DNA from: Lingula anatina
Lineage: Eukaryota; Animalia; Brachiopoda
DNA length: 64,000 bases
Direction of reading: 5' to 3'
Assembly: GCA_051362555.1 (NCBI GenBank)
Contig: CM120645.1
Coordinates: forward strand, 20,584,001-20,648,000
Numbering within the stretch: position 1 is the first letter of the stretch; every line of letters starts with the position of its first letter. Positions 25,701 through 37,893 of this stretch are shown in pieces. Below the pieces are notes generated by a model. It did no database searches, was not told where the DNA came from, and saw only the letters and a list, made by a program, of their open reading frames with translations. Both the position numbers and the translations under genes were made by a program.

Positions 25701-28700
25701 AGCTATGCTGTCTAGATATTTCATTCTGATAACTGAAGCAAAACATACATTTGTTCTGTATTTCAGTTACACACTATGGTCTCTTTCCCAAGTCATTAGG
25801 AGAGGTTCTGGCCAAGTATTCTGTGCATGAGTTACACCTTAGTCTTACCCAGGGGCTTTGGAGGCATAGAATATGGGGTTATCCAGTTGTCAGTGCTCCC
25901 CCTGGGGCTGAGCTTTGGGCTTGGTTTAAGAGGGACACTACCAAGTAAGTTGCCTTCAAGTTGGTTTCTGTTTTTATGTACAGACACAGATGTGTCTGTA
26001 CATATAGCCATCATCTGCGTCTGTCGTCGCCATCGTCGCCGTCACCGTCGCCGTGCACTTTTACCGATAACACGATAAGTGGAAAACCATTTTACCTTTT
26101 GACTTGAAACTTGCAGAACTGATGAATATTCATAATACGCAGGTCAAGTTCGAAAATCAGCATGATCGGGTCACTTTTAGGGAATTTATGCTGTTTTTAT
26201 GTACAGACACAGATGTGTCTGTACATATAGCCATCATCTGCGTCTGTCGTCGCCGTCGCCGTCGTTGCCGTCGTCGCCGTGCACTTTTACCGATAACACG
26301 ATAAGTGGAAAACTGTTTTTTCTTTTGGCTTGAAACTTACAGAACTGATGAATATTCATAATACGCAGGTCAAGTTCGAAAATCAGCATGATCGGGTCAC
26401 TTATAGGGAATTTATGCTGTTTTTTCACTTTTTTCAGCATATATGCAGCACCGATAACACAATAAGTGGAAAACCCTTTTACCTTTTGGCTTGAAACTTA
26501 CAGAACTGATGAATATTTATAATACGCAGGTCAAGTTTGAAAATCAGCATGATCGGGTCACTTATAGGGAATTTATGCTGTTTTTTCACTTTTTTCAGCA
26601 TATATGCAGCACCGATCACACGATAAGTGGAAAACCGTTTTACCTTTTGACTTGATACTTACAGAACTGATGAATATTCATAACACGCAGGTCAAGTTCG
26701 AAAATCAGCATGATTGGGTCATTTTTAGGGAATTTATGCTGTTTTTTCACTTTATTCAGCATATATGCAGCACCGATAACATGATAAGTGGAAAACCATT
26801 TTACCTTTTGGCTTGAAACTTACAGAACTGATGAATATTCATAATACGCAGGTCAAGTTCGAAAATCAGCATGATTGGGTCATTTTTAGGGAATTTATGC
26901 TGTTTTTTCACTTTTTTCAGCATATATGCAACACCGATAACACGATAGGTAAAAAAACGGTTTTACCTTTTGGCTTGAAACTTATGGAACTGATGAATAT
27001 TTATAATACGCAGGTCAAGTTTGAAAATCAGCATGATCAGCCATTTTCATGGAAGTTATGCTGTTTTTTCACTTTTTTCTTCATTTTTATAACACGGATA
27101 ACACGATTAGTGAAATTTTCTTAGTTGTTCATTTAAAAATGACAGTAAATTGATTATTTTGATATATGAAAAAAAGATGTTGAAAATGGAAAGAAAATCA
27201 ATTCAGTACAGTTATCTTTTGTTTACATTTTAGCATTTTGAAAGTGTGACTCTGAACTTCCATGGCCTTGAAGACATTTCCATGTCACATTTTCTGTAAA
27301 TCCATGATACTTTTATTTTATTATTAAAATTTGATGGTCATTATGTTATATTGCATAAAAGTTGAAGAAAACCCTATTTTGGAAATGGCTGCTGGAATGA
27401 CCATTAAGGAAAAACCATGTTACTTATGATACTCAAACTTACTGAAAAGTTTCGTAAGACTGATGTGCAGTTTGTGTTGGAAAATCAGTGTGATTGTTTT
27501 CTGTTTTGGAAGCAATGTAGCTCTATAGAGTGCTATACGGGGCTACTGTGTATGGATGGTGGTAATTGCCCCTTGGGGTAGTCACAAGCTAAATTCAGAG
27601 CTATAAAATAATTTGCCTAATTGATTTCCAAGTGCCCATTAAATAAGATTACATAAAACACACGCTGAGACTTCCCAGTAAAGTCCCATAGGTTAAGCTC
27701 TCTTAACTGTGTCACATAATTAGGAATCTATGATAATTATGCAGGTAAATGTTGTTGAATATTTCAAATAAGTTAACAAAACAAAACAATAAAAATAGAT
27801 GAATAACAGTGTTTTATTATCCTCAAACACATTGGGGTTATTCATATCATGTTATTACAGCAAGATTAAAAGTTTGAATAGCAGCTTTAATGGGATATTT
27901 TTGTGTTTTCTTTTTAATTTTTTTTTTCAGACACTGGCATTTTCAGCTCCCATCCACCTGAAGCTCTTCACATTTTCTGTATTTCCACATAAGCAGTTGC
28001 ATTGGTTTTTATGTCTTTAAACATTATGTAATATTATTTTATGCACTGTCATCATAATTCAGATATTAGGATTTTCATTATGTGAATTTGGTCCTGAAAC
28101 TGTAATCTTATTGCAGGGGTGGATTGAGGCTGTCTTCTGGGTCTTTCAGATTTTGAAGCTCACATTGATGGGTATCTCTTTTTTCTGTTGGAAGACCATC
28201 AAAAATGTAGGATGGATCAACAAAGATAATTTGGAATACTGTCAGAAAATATCTATGGATCAGTTCCTGTTATTGACGATGTCACCTGTTGTGCATGATT
28301 AAATTTCAGTGTTGATTGACAGTGCTATTGTAGGCATCAAAATTGACAAAATGAACAATTTTCTGCATTTTTATTTTGTGTTTTTGTCTGTACATTTGAC
28401 AGCTTTGCTGCCTTGTTTCACTTTTTTCAGCATATATGCAGCACCGATAACACGATAAGTGGAAAACCATTTTACCTTTTGACTTGAAACTTGCAGAACT
28501 GATGAATATTCATAATACGCAGGTCAAGTTCGAAAATCAGCATGATCAGGTCACTTTTAGGGAATTTATGCTGTTTTTTTCACTTTTTTCAGCATATATG
28601 CAGCACCGATAACACGATAAGTGGAAAACCATTTTACCTTTTGACTTGAAACTTACAGAACTGATGAATATTCATAATACGCAGGTCAAGTTCGAAAATC

Positions 28701-29751
28701 AGCATGATCGGGTCACTTTCAGGGAATTTATGCTGTTTTTACACTTTTTTCAGCATATATGCAGCACCGATAACACAATAAGTGGAAAACCATTTTACCT
28801 TTTGACTTGAAACTTACAGAACTGATGAATATTCATAATACGCAGGCCAAGTTCGAAAATCAGCATGATTGGGCCATTTTTAGGGAATTTATGCTGTTTT
28901 TTCACTATTTTCAATATAAATGCAACACTGATAACACAATATAAGAAAAACGGATTGGCCAATTGTAATTATACTCACAGGAGTGGTCAATCTTACTAAA
29001 ACGCAGGTTGAGTTCGAAAATCAGCATAATCGGGCTATTATTTTAGAAGTTATACTGTTTTTTCCCATTTCCTCAGATTCAATTCTTAAGCATGTTAACA
29101 GTCTCATTATTTAACTAATAAGATGCCTAAAAGTGTTTGTTTGATATTTCCTGTATCTTTACAACATTGTTAGTTGATTATGTAAAAAACATGGTAAACT
29201 TGTTATCATGTATTGTGTAATAAAGTGTCAAAAATGGAAATAAACTCATATCATTGCAGTTTGTCAGATTCAATCATCCACTATGTTCAGAATCTCAGAA
29301 TGGAGGAAATTGGACATTTAACACTGTTCTATTGATACTTTTCCCATCTCATCAATTTTCTTAGTTGGTCATATAAAAATGGCAGTAAAATGTTTATCTT
29401 GTTTTATGTTAAAAAAGTGTTAAAAATGGAAATAAACCCATTTCAGAACAGTGCTGTCTTGTTTACATTTTGGCATTTTCAAGGTGTGACTTTGAAGTTC
29501 CATGGGCCTGAAGACCTTTGCTAGTCACATTTTCTGAATATCTGTGATACAAATATTTTATAATTAAAAATTGATGGTCATTAAGCTGTTAAACGTTATG
29601 TAATATTGCATCAGAATTTGAAGAAACCCCTATTTTGGGCACTGCTTCCATGATGACCATTTAAGGAAAATCATGTCACTTACTGTTCTCAAACTTACAG
29701 GAAAGAAACATGGGACTAAAATACAGCTTCAGTAGGCAATGCAGTCTGTTT

Positions 29752-29792
<41 letters not shown>

Positions 29793-32700
29793 GCAGTTAA
29801 ACAGTTTTTTGTGAAAATTTAATTTTTCACATATTGGCATTTTCAAGGTGTGACTTTAAAGTTCCATGATCTTGAAGACTTTTGCTTGTCACATTTTCTG
29901 AATGTCCATGTTACTAATATTTTATTAATAACATTTGATTGTCATTATGCTGTTAAGCATTATGTAATGTTGCATCAAAATTTGAAGAAACCCCTATTTT
30001 GGGCACTGCTCCTATGATGACCATTTAAGGGAAATCATGTCACTTACTGTTCTCAAACTTACAGGAAAGAAACATGGGTCTAACATACAGCTTCAATAGG
30101 CAACGCAGTCTGTTTGGTAAATTTTTCTGGCAATTTAACAGTTTTTTGTGAAAATTTAATTTTTCACTTATTTGCATCTTTATTTTCTGTTTTTTTGTCT
30201 GTACATTTGACAGCTTTGCTGCCTTGTTTTGTATATAAGTCTTTTTTCCTCGGATTTAATTCATAGGCATGTTAAGAATCTCATTTGTGAACTAATTAGT
30301 AATGTAAAGGTGTTCTTTTGACATTTTCTGCATCTTAACAATATTGTTAGTTGATTATATAAAAATGATGGTAAACCTGTTATTGTGCATTGTGTAATAA
30401 AGTGTCAAAAATGGAAATAAACTCATATCTTTAACAGTTTGTCAGATTCAATTATTCACCATGTTCAGAATCTCAGAATGGAACAAATTGGACATTTAAA
30501 ATTGTTCTATTGATATTTTTCCTATGTCAACAACTTTCTTAGTTGATCATTTAAAAACGACAGTAAATTGATTATTTTGATATATATATGTAAAAAAAGT
30601 GTTGAAAGTGGAAAGAAATTCATTTCAGTACAGTTATCTCTTGTGTACATTTTGGCATTTTGAAGTTGTGACTCTGAACTTCCATGGCCCTGAAGACCTT
30701 TCCATATCAATTTTTCTGAATATCCATGATACTTTTATTTTATTATTAAAAATTGATGGTCATTATGCTGTTAAGCATTATAGTTTTTTGTTACAATTAA
30801 AATTTTCACATATGGACATTTTCAAGGTGTGACTTAGTCTTTGAACTTCCATTGGCTTGAATACCATTGCTAGTCACATCTTTTGAATAGCTATGATACA
30901 TTTACTTTATTATTAAAAATTGATGACCATTGTGCTGTTAAGCATTATGTTAAATTGCATTAAAGATGAAAAAACCCTTTTTTGGACATCGCTGCTGGGA
31001 TGACCATTAAGGAAAAACCATTTTACTTATGATATTCTAACTTACTGAAAAGTTTCATAGGGCTGAAGTGTAGCTTGTGTTGGAAATCAGTGTGATTGTT
31101 TTCTGTTTTGGAGGCAATGCAGCTCTATGGAGTGCTATATGGGGCTACTGTTTATGGATGGTGGTAATTGTCCCTTGGGATAATCACTAGCTAAATTCAG
31201 AGCTATAAAATTACTTGCCTAATTGATTTTCAAGTGCCCATTAAATAAGATTACATAAAACACACATTGAGATTTCCCATTCAAGTCTTATAGGTTAAGC
31301 TCTCTTAACTGTGTCACATAATTAGGAATTGGTGATAATTATGCAGGTAAATGTTGTTTAATATTGCAAATAAGTTTACAAAAAAAAATTGTGTAATGCC
31401 AACATTAATGCTATAGATGAATAACAGTGCCTTATTATCCTCAAACACATTGGGATGTTAATACAGCAAGATTAAAAGTTTGAATAGCAGCTTTATTGGA
31501 TTTTTTTTTGTTGTGTTTTCTTTTTAATTTTTTTCTAAACACTGGCATTTTCAACTCCCATCCACCTGAAGCTCTTCAGATTTTCTATATTTCCACATAA
31601 GCAGTTGCATAGGTTTTTATGTCTTTAAACAATATGTAATATTATTTTATGCACTGTCAACATTTTTCAAATATTGGGATTTTCATTATGTGAATTTGAA
31701 CTCTCATAGTCCAGAAACTGTAATCTTATTGCAGGGGTGGATTGAGGCCATCTTCTGGGTCTTTCAGATGACGGTCAGATTTTAAAGTGTACATTGACTG
31801 GTATCAATTTTTTTCTGTTGGAAGACTATCAAAAGTGTAGGATGGATCAACAAATATAATTTGGAATACTGTCAGAAAATACCTCTGGATCTGCTCCTGT
31901 TATTGAGCATGTTACCTGTTGTGCATGATTAAAAATCAGTGTTAACTGACTGTGTTATTATAAGCATTATTTATTATTGCATCAAAATTGACAAAATGAC
32001 CTATTTTGCATCTTTATTTTCTGTTTTTTGTCTGTACATTTGACAGCTTTGCTGCCTTGTTTTTTTTTTTTTGGGCAGTTAAACAGTTTTTTGTGAAAAT
32101 TTAATTTTTCACATATTGGCATTTTCAAGGTGTGACTTTAAAGTTCCATGATCTTGAAGACTTTTGCTTGTCACATTTTCTGAATGTCCATGTTACTAAT
32201 ATTTTATTAATAACATTTGATTGTCGTTATGCTGTTAAACATTATGTAATGTTGCATCAAAATTTGAAGAAAGCCCTATTTTGGGCACTGCTCCTATGAT
32301 GACCATTTAAGGGAAATCATGTCACTTACTGTTCTCAAACTTACAGGAAAGAAACATGGGTCTAACATACAGCTTCAATAGGCAACGCAGTCTGTTTGGT
32401 AAATTTTTCTGGCAATTTAACAGTTTTTTGTGAAAATTTAATTTTTCACTTATTTGCATCTTTATTTTCTGTTCTTTGTCTGTACATTTGACAGCTTTGC
32501 TGCCTTGTTTCACTTTTTTTCAGCATATATGCAGCACCGATAACACGATAAGTGGAAAACCATTTTACCTTTTGTCTTGAAACTTACAGAACTGATGAAT
32601 ATTCATAATACGCAGGTCAAGTTCGAATATCAGCATGATCGGGTCACTTTTAGGGAATTTATGCTGTTTTTTCACTATTTTCAATATAAATGCAACACTG

Positions 32701-35700
32701 ATAACACAATATAAGAAAAACGGATTGGCCAATTGTAATTATACTCACAGGAGTGATCAATCTTACTAAAACGCAGGTTGAGTTCAAAAATCAGCATAAT
32801 CGGGCCATTATTTTAGAAGTTATACTGTTTTTACACATTTCCTCAGATTCAATTCTTAAGCATGTTAACAGTCTCATTATTTAACTAATAAGATGCCTAA
32901 AAGTGTTTGTTTGATATTTCCTGTATCTTTACAACATTGTTAGTTGATTATGTAAAAAACATGGTAAACTTGTTATCATGTATTGTGTAATAAAGTGTCA
33001 AAAATGGAAATAAACTCATATCATTGCAGTTTGTCAGATTCAATCATCCACTATGTTCAGAATCTCAGAATGGAGGAAATTGGACATTTAACACTGTTCT
33101 ATTGATACTTTTCCCATCTCATCAATTTTTTTAGTTGGTCATATAAAAATGGCAGTAAAATGTTTATTTTGTTTTATGTTAAAAAAGTGTTAAAAATGGA
33201 AATAAACCCATTTCAGAACAGTGCTGTCTTGTTTACATTTTGGCATTTTCAAGGCGTGACTTTGAAGTTCCATGGGCCTGAAGAAATTTGCTAGTCACAT
33301 TTTCTGAATATCTGTGATACAAATATTTTATAATTAAAAATTGATGGTCATTAAGCTGTTAAACATTATGTAATATTGCATCAAAATTTGAAGAAACTCC
33401 CATGATGACCATTTAAGGAAAATCATGTCACTTACTGTTCTCAAACTTACAGGAAAGAAACATGGGACTAAAATACAGCTTCAGTAGGCAATGCAGTCTG
33501 TTTGGTAAATTTTTCTGGCAATTAAACAGTTTTTTGTGAAAATTTAATTTTTCACATATTGGCATTTCCACATTTTGTGAAAATCCATGACACTTATATT
33601 TTATTATTAAAAATCGATGGTCAGTATGCTGTTAAGCATTATGTAATGTTGCATCAAAATAGAAGAAAACACAATTTTTGGTGCTGCTGCCTTGATGACC
33701 ATTATGGGAAAACCGTGTTACTTATGACTGTCAAACTTTCAAAAAAGAAACACAGGACTAAAATGCAGCCTGAGTTAGAAAAGCAGTCTAATTGGCTTCT
33801 TTTTCTGGATGTTATACATTTTAGTGTAATATTCATTATCTTTTTGGCATATTCATTGTGGGACTCGGAGCTCCCATGGACATGAAGCCAAATGGTAATC
33901 ATATTTTCTACATGTCCATCCTATTTATAGTCAATAAACAAAATTTGGTGATAATTATTCTCTAATTTATTATGTAATGTTACATCAAAATTGACAACAA
34001 TCTTTTTGCACTGCTACTGCAAACATTATGAAAAGAAAACTGTGCTACTTATTATAAATTTAAACTTACAAGTACCATTTTTAGGATTGGCCTTCAGCTC
34101 ATGAGAAAACCAGCTCTATTGGATTATCATGTTTATTGTATTTATGCATTTTTTGTGAAATTTTCATTTTTCTCATTCTGGCACTTTCTAAGTATAAACT
34201 TGAACTCTGATGGGCCTGGAGCCTTATGCTTTTACTTTCGTCTGTGTTACCTGTTGTGCATGTTGACTGTGCAGTTAAACATAATGTAGTATTGCATCAG
34301 GATTGGTAGTCTCCTATTTTGGGCATTATGGTTTTGTGCTTTTCTTAAGGTGTGACTTATGGGCCTGAAGACCTTTGAGTGGGTCAGTCTGTAAATTACC
34401 CTTGGGTATCACTAGATTAATTTCAGATTCATAAAGTCATTTGCTTTAATAGGCCATTAAATGAGATTACGTAAAGCACACTTGTTGATATTTCCCTGTA
34501 AACTCCCAAAGGTAAAGCTCTCTGCTAGATTAATAATAAGGAAGCAGTGATAATTATGCAGGTAAATTTTGTTTAGTATTGCAAATAAGTTATATATATA
34601 TATATCATATATATCAAACTGGAAGATTAAAAGTTTGAATAGCATCTTCATTGGAATTATATTTACCTCAAGCTCTGCCAAGGGGGTTATATTTTCAACC
34701 CTGTTTGTCTGTCATCCACATAACACAAAAAGTTATGGACCAATTTTGCAGAAATTATCAGGAACTGTCGGAAGTGGGCCAAAGAGGACAATGATGAATT
34801 TTTGGTGGTGGTCCGGATCAATAATCAATCAATTATCAATAATAATCAACAATTGCTGCCTTGGCAGAGGTCTGCACTCTCAAAGTGCTTTTCTAGTTTT
34901 GTTGTTTTCCTTTATAATTTTTTCTCGAACACTTGCATTTGTGACTTTTAACTCTCATCTGCCTGGGGCTCTGCACGTTTTCTGTATTTCTACATAAGCA
35001 GTTGTATTGTTTTTTTTATGTCTTTAAACATTATGTAATATTATTTTATGCACTGTCATCATTTTTCAAATATTGAGACTTTCATAATGTGAATTTGAAC
35101 TCTCATGGTCCTGAAACTGTAATCTTATTGAAGGGGTGGATTGAGACCATCTTCTGGGTCTTCCGGAAGACAGTCAGGTTATTAAGTTTATATTGACTGG
35201 TATCTATTTTTTTCTGTTGGAAGACCATCAAAATGGAGGATGGATCAACATAGATACTTTGTAATACTGTCAGAAAATATCTCTGGGTCTGCTCCTGTTA
35301 TTGACCATGTTACCCGTTGTGCAAGATTAAAATTCAGTGTTGACTGACAGTGCTATTATAAGCATTATTTATTATTGCATCAAAATTGACAGAATGACCT
35401 TTTTTGCATCTTTATTTTCTGTTTTTTGTCTGTACATTTGACAGCTTTGCTGCCTTGTTAAAAATGACATTTAACTTTGATGGCTTCTAGTTGCTTTTGT
35501 AGAAATTACCTTCATAAAGAAGTATAGAAGAGGCACCACACTTAGTTCTCCCCCATCTCGTGTACACTGATCCGCCACCTGTCGTATTACGTGGTAAACC
35601 TATGAGAAATAATTCATCAATCGATAAATTTTCACGTTGTTTGATATCATTTTTTGGGATTTCTATCGGGTGGTTTGAATATTACAGTATCATCAATAAA

Positions 35701-37385
35701 CAGGTCTTATGTTAAATAAAAAAATATACTTCTTACTATTGCTTAATTAATTGCGTTAAATGGTCATTTCTAGAATTTTTCACAGTGGAACCAAAATTCT
35801 GACATATATTGATAATTAACTTTGATGTTGGGCTATATAAATATAAGACCATGTTATTTACACAAAAAAAAGAAAAGTTTACCATGTTCGTTTATAAGTT
35901 GTTTAATTCTGTCGTCTGTCATAGAAGGACCAGGTGGACCAGCGGGACCGGGAGGACCCTATCAGTAACACAAAATGTTAAGCTGAGCTCTTTTTATACA
36001 TCCTATTTGTTTTATAAAAGAAATCATAAGACAAAGATCAGTTTTCCTTATTTGTTAGCATTAATAGCGTAAATTAATCTGGTTGACTGGTCATGTTTTA
36101 AATGATTTTCTATCATAATTGCTATTCAGTTGATGATCTCTCCAAGCGTTTTCAAAAAGATAACTGTAAAACACAGTATAAAAAGACGTAATTAATATTA
36201 TGATGAAAGGGTATTTCTCTTTTTTTTTTTCAGCTAAACTCAACTATTATTTCTCACCTGCAGTCCTTTTCCATTTTGGCCAGGACTACCATCTCTGCCA
36301 TCTTTGCCTGGTTTACCCTCTGTCCCAGCTCTGCCATCTCTGCCTGATTTCCCATCTCTGCCAGGTTTCCCATCATCACCAGGTTTCCCATCTCTGCCTG
36401 GTTTCCCATCATTTCCAGGTTTCCCGTCTCTGCCATCCCTGCCTGGCAGACCCCTGCATGCCCGGGGACACACGGCAGCTGCTGGCGAGAAAATGTAGAA
36501 ATGGGAGTTAATATGGGAAAATAAGCAAATAAAAGATTTTTTTATGTTTTTCATGAAAATAAAATAAAAAAGGATATGAAAGAAAGATAGGAAAATAATG
36601 TGTCGAATAATTCGTAACGATTCAAAAGGACGCATAATAACTATTTGAAAACAGTAACACAATTAGCGTATTTTGAAAGCACTGGAAGATAAAAGATTTC
36701 ACACGTGTATGCGCTATAATCTGTAACAAACAATAACGACTAATAAAAAAAGTACAAAAAAAATGAAATTAAAAAATGTCTATGAATGCACGTCGACAAA
36801 ATGTGTAAATGATTCAATATCCCTGCATACCAAAGATACGTCCTTATACATACGAGACTATGACGATCTCGTTTTTTAATACTGCCTAACCAATTTCAGT
36901 TGAAATAGTTACTAAAATATCACGTACTCTGCTGCGTCCCAGATGTACCAGATGCTTCGTCGTTCATTGGTGACATTTCCTTTTCACCACTGGGGCTATG
37001 ATCTAAGACTAACTGAAGGCTCTTCAAAGAATCCTGGAAATGACTTTGGATTAACTTGCGAATAGTTTGCTAACGTACATAACATCTTAAGGAGCATTTT
37101 TGAAAAACCTTAGTTGAGTAGGATAATACGTAGATGCACATTTCACAAAGTCATCAAAACATATGCAAATGAAGCGCGTCTATTAAAAGATGTCAATGTA
37201 AAAATAACATAATTGGTAATTTACAATACCTTGAGCTGCTGATTTTCTTTTTTCACTTGTTTGATTTCTTTCTCCAGACTCAGAAACCTATCCACCAGTT
37301 TGTTGAAGGCGATGTCGTCTACATTTTTAGCACTCACAAGTTGGCAGGCTCCAGCCATCAAAATTACAATAGCAATAATGGACAT
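19774..37385 (-). CDS. Short-chain collagen C4-like (spongin short-chain collagen-related) protein, copy 1, ~384 aa
   Basis: Exons 37385-37230, 37033-36928, 36481-36258, 35958-35883, 35599-35510, 20276-19774; all GT-AG with consistent phases (1155 nt). Signal peptide [19 protein letters not shown], coiled coil, CPRAC, Gly-X-Y run (GRDGKP)n, [11 protein letters not shown], then the NC1-like domain [13 protein letters not shown]...[19 protein letters not shown]...PCAVC...[19 protein letters not shown]...TEFVCLD...CVVCSK. The last intron is 15.2 kb. Confidence 0.9.
20392..20993. mobile_element. Harbinger-like MITE in the collagen intron
   Basis: TIR taccccgttcacact / agtgtgaacggggta with tta/tca flanks; GC-richer body; absent from the paralogous intron in copy 2. 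Confidence 0.75.
21047..21186. mobile_element. Palindromic MITE with 16-bp subterminal repeats, truncated on the right
   Basis: (ggtccgaaggttcatt)n on the left and inverted ttcggaccaatgaaccttcggacta on the right; it abuts the satellite array directly. Confidence 0.65.
23433..25288 (+). mobile_element. Complete ~1.86 kb HINE unit
   Basis: Head palindrome, (gtcgcc)n, three 161-bp monomers plus a diverged one, unique body with an internal ~355-bp duplication, 3' subTIR and hairpin. Confidence 0.8.
25767..25944 (+). pseudogene. PIGT: Orphan exon of GPI transamidase subunit PIG-T embedded in the HINE array
   Basis: tttcag|tt aca cac tat...acc aa|gtaagt, 178 nt, open: (V)[58 protein letters not shown]. 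This matches the conserved N-terminal PIGT/Gpi16 block (HYxLFPKxLG..I.KY...ELHLS.TQG.WR...WG.P...AP.GAELW.WF). No other PIGT exon was found in the window. Confidence 0.8.
26195..28417 (+). mobile_element. HINE nested inside the first monomer of the HINE starting at ~25972
   Basis: The host monomer is interrupted at gaatttatgctgtttt| and resumes at |tcacttttttcagcatatatgcagcacc directly after the 3' hairpin at ~28417. Confidence 0.8.
34657..34897 (+). mobile_element. Second, unrelated short Helitron/HINE-type element nested in the array
   Basis: subTIRs ctctgccaagg / ccttggcagagg, 3' hairpin gcactctcaaagtgc, ending ttttCTAGt. The sibling copy at ~31490-31520 has only a T-run at this site. Confidence 0.7.
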
Positions 37386-37713
37386 GTTGACAAAATATGT
37401 CGCAAAGTAACACTGCTGCCACGTCAAAGAGACGGTAGATATTTACTTGTTCTTACCTTTTACTCCGTAGGTTAAGGAATAAGGAGAAAGCAACTGAGCC
37501 TATCGAAATATAAAACTTAATCTAGTGGGATTATATCAAGTTCTAAACAAAAACGATTTAGCTATGGTGTACTAAGATTAATTGAAGGAAGTAAACGATT
37601 TCTTTGCACTCACCTGCCATGGAAGCCTAGAGTGCAGAGGTCAGATCAGGGAAAGGCAGGTTACTTTAGGGTTTACATAGACTTCATCGTTTGACTTAAA
37701 CATTGAGCTACGT

Positions 37714-37893
37714 CAGGCCTGTAGCCACGGGGGTGGGGGGTGGGGTGTTCGAAAGATCCGCCTTTTTTGGCGGGGAAGGGTCCGTTCTGGGTAACATTTG
37801 ATCCAGGTAAACAACGGTTTCATTGTCCACTTTTTCAAAAAATAAAAAAAGAAAAAAAGCCCCCCCCCTTTGAAATTGCTGTCTACGGGCCTG
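37714..37893. mobile_element. G-run hAT-like MITE upstream of collagen copy 1
   Basis: caggcctgtagcc ... gtctacgggcctg; same site as 44788-44977 in copy 2. Confidence 0.7.

Larger units (their letters stand above)
21187..35459 (+). mobile_element. Nested array of Helentron-associated interspersed elements (HINE/DINE-1-like) with 161-bp tandem repeats
   Basis: Three 5' heads at ~23433, ~25972 and ~26195 (T-run, palindrome atgtacagacacagatgtgtctgtacat, (gtcgcc)n microsatellite). 161-bp monomers (gcagcaccgataacacg at 21336 and 21497, etc.). Seven 3' ends at ~22953, 25288, 28417, 30228, 32061, 32509 and 35459 (subterminal inverted repeat gtctgtacat, hairpin gacagctttgctgcc, then ttgtt). No TSD, and insertions fall in T-runs. 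Confidence 0.85.

Noticed and set aside
21187-28900. Regularly spaced repeats resembling a CRISPR array
   Set aside because: The whole 161-bp unit repeats with no unique spacers, there are no cas genes, and the context is eukaryotic; it is a transposon-borne satellite.
22766-34997. Many 60-140 aa ORFs in the repeat block (e.g. [26 protein letters not shown])
   Set aside because: Chance translations of the satellite monomer and the (gtcgcc)n microsatellite; frames break between copies and no Rep/helicase motifs are present.
36200-36511. Plus-strand ORFs rich in HLC or PGFPS repeats (also 43206-43506)
   Set aside because: Antisense shadows of the collagen Gly-X-Y exon.
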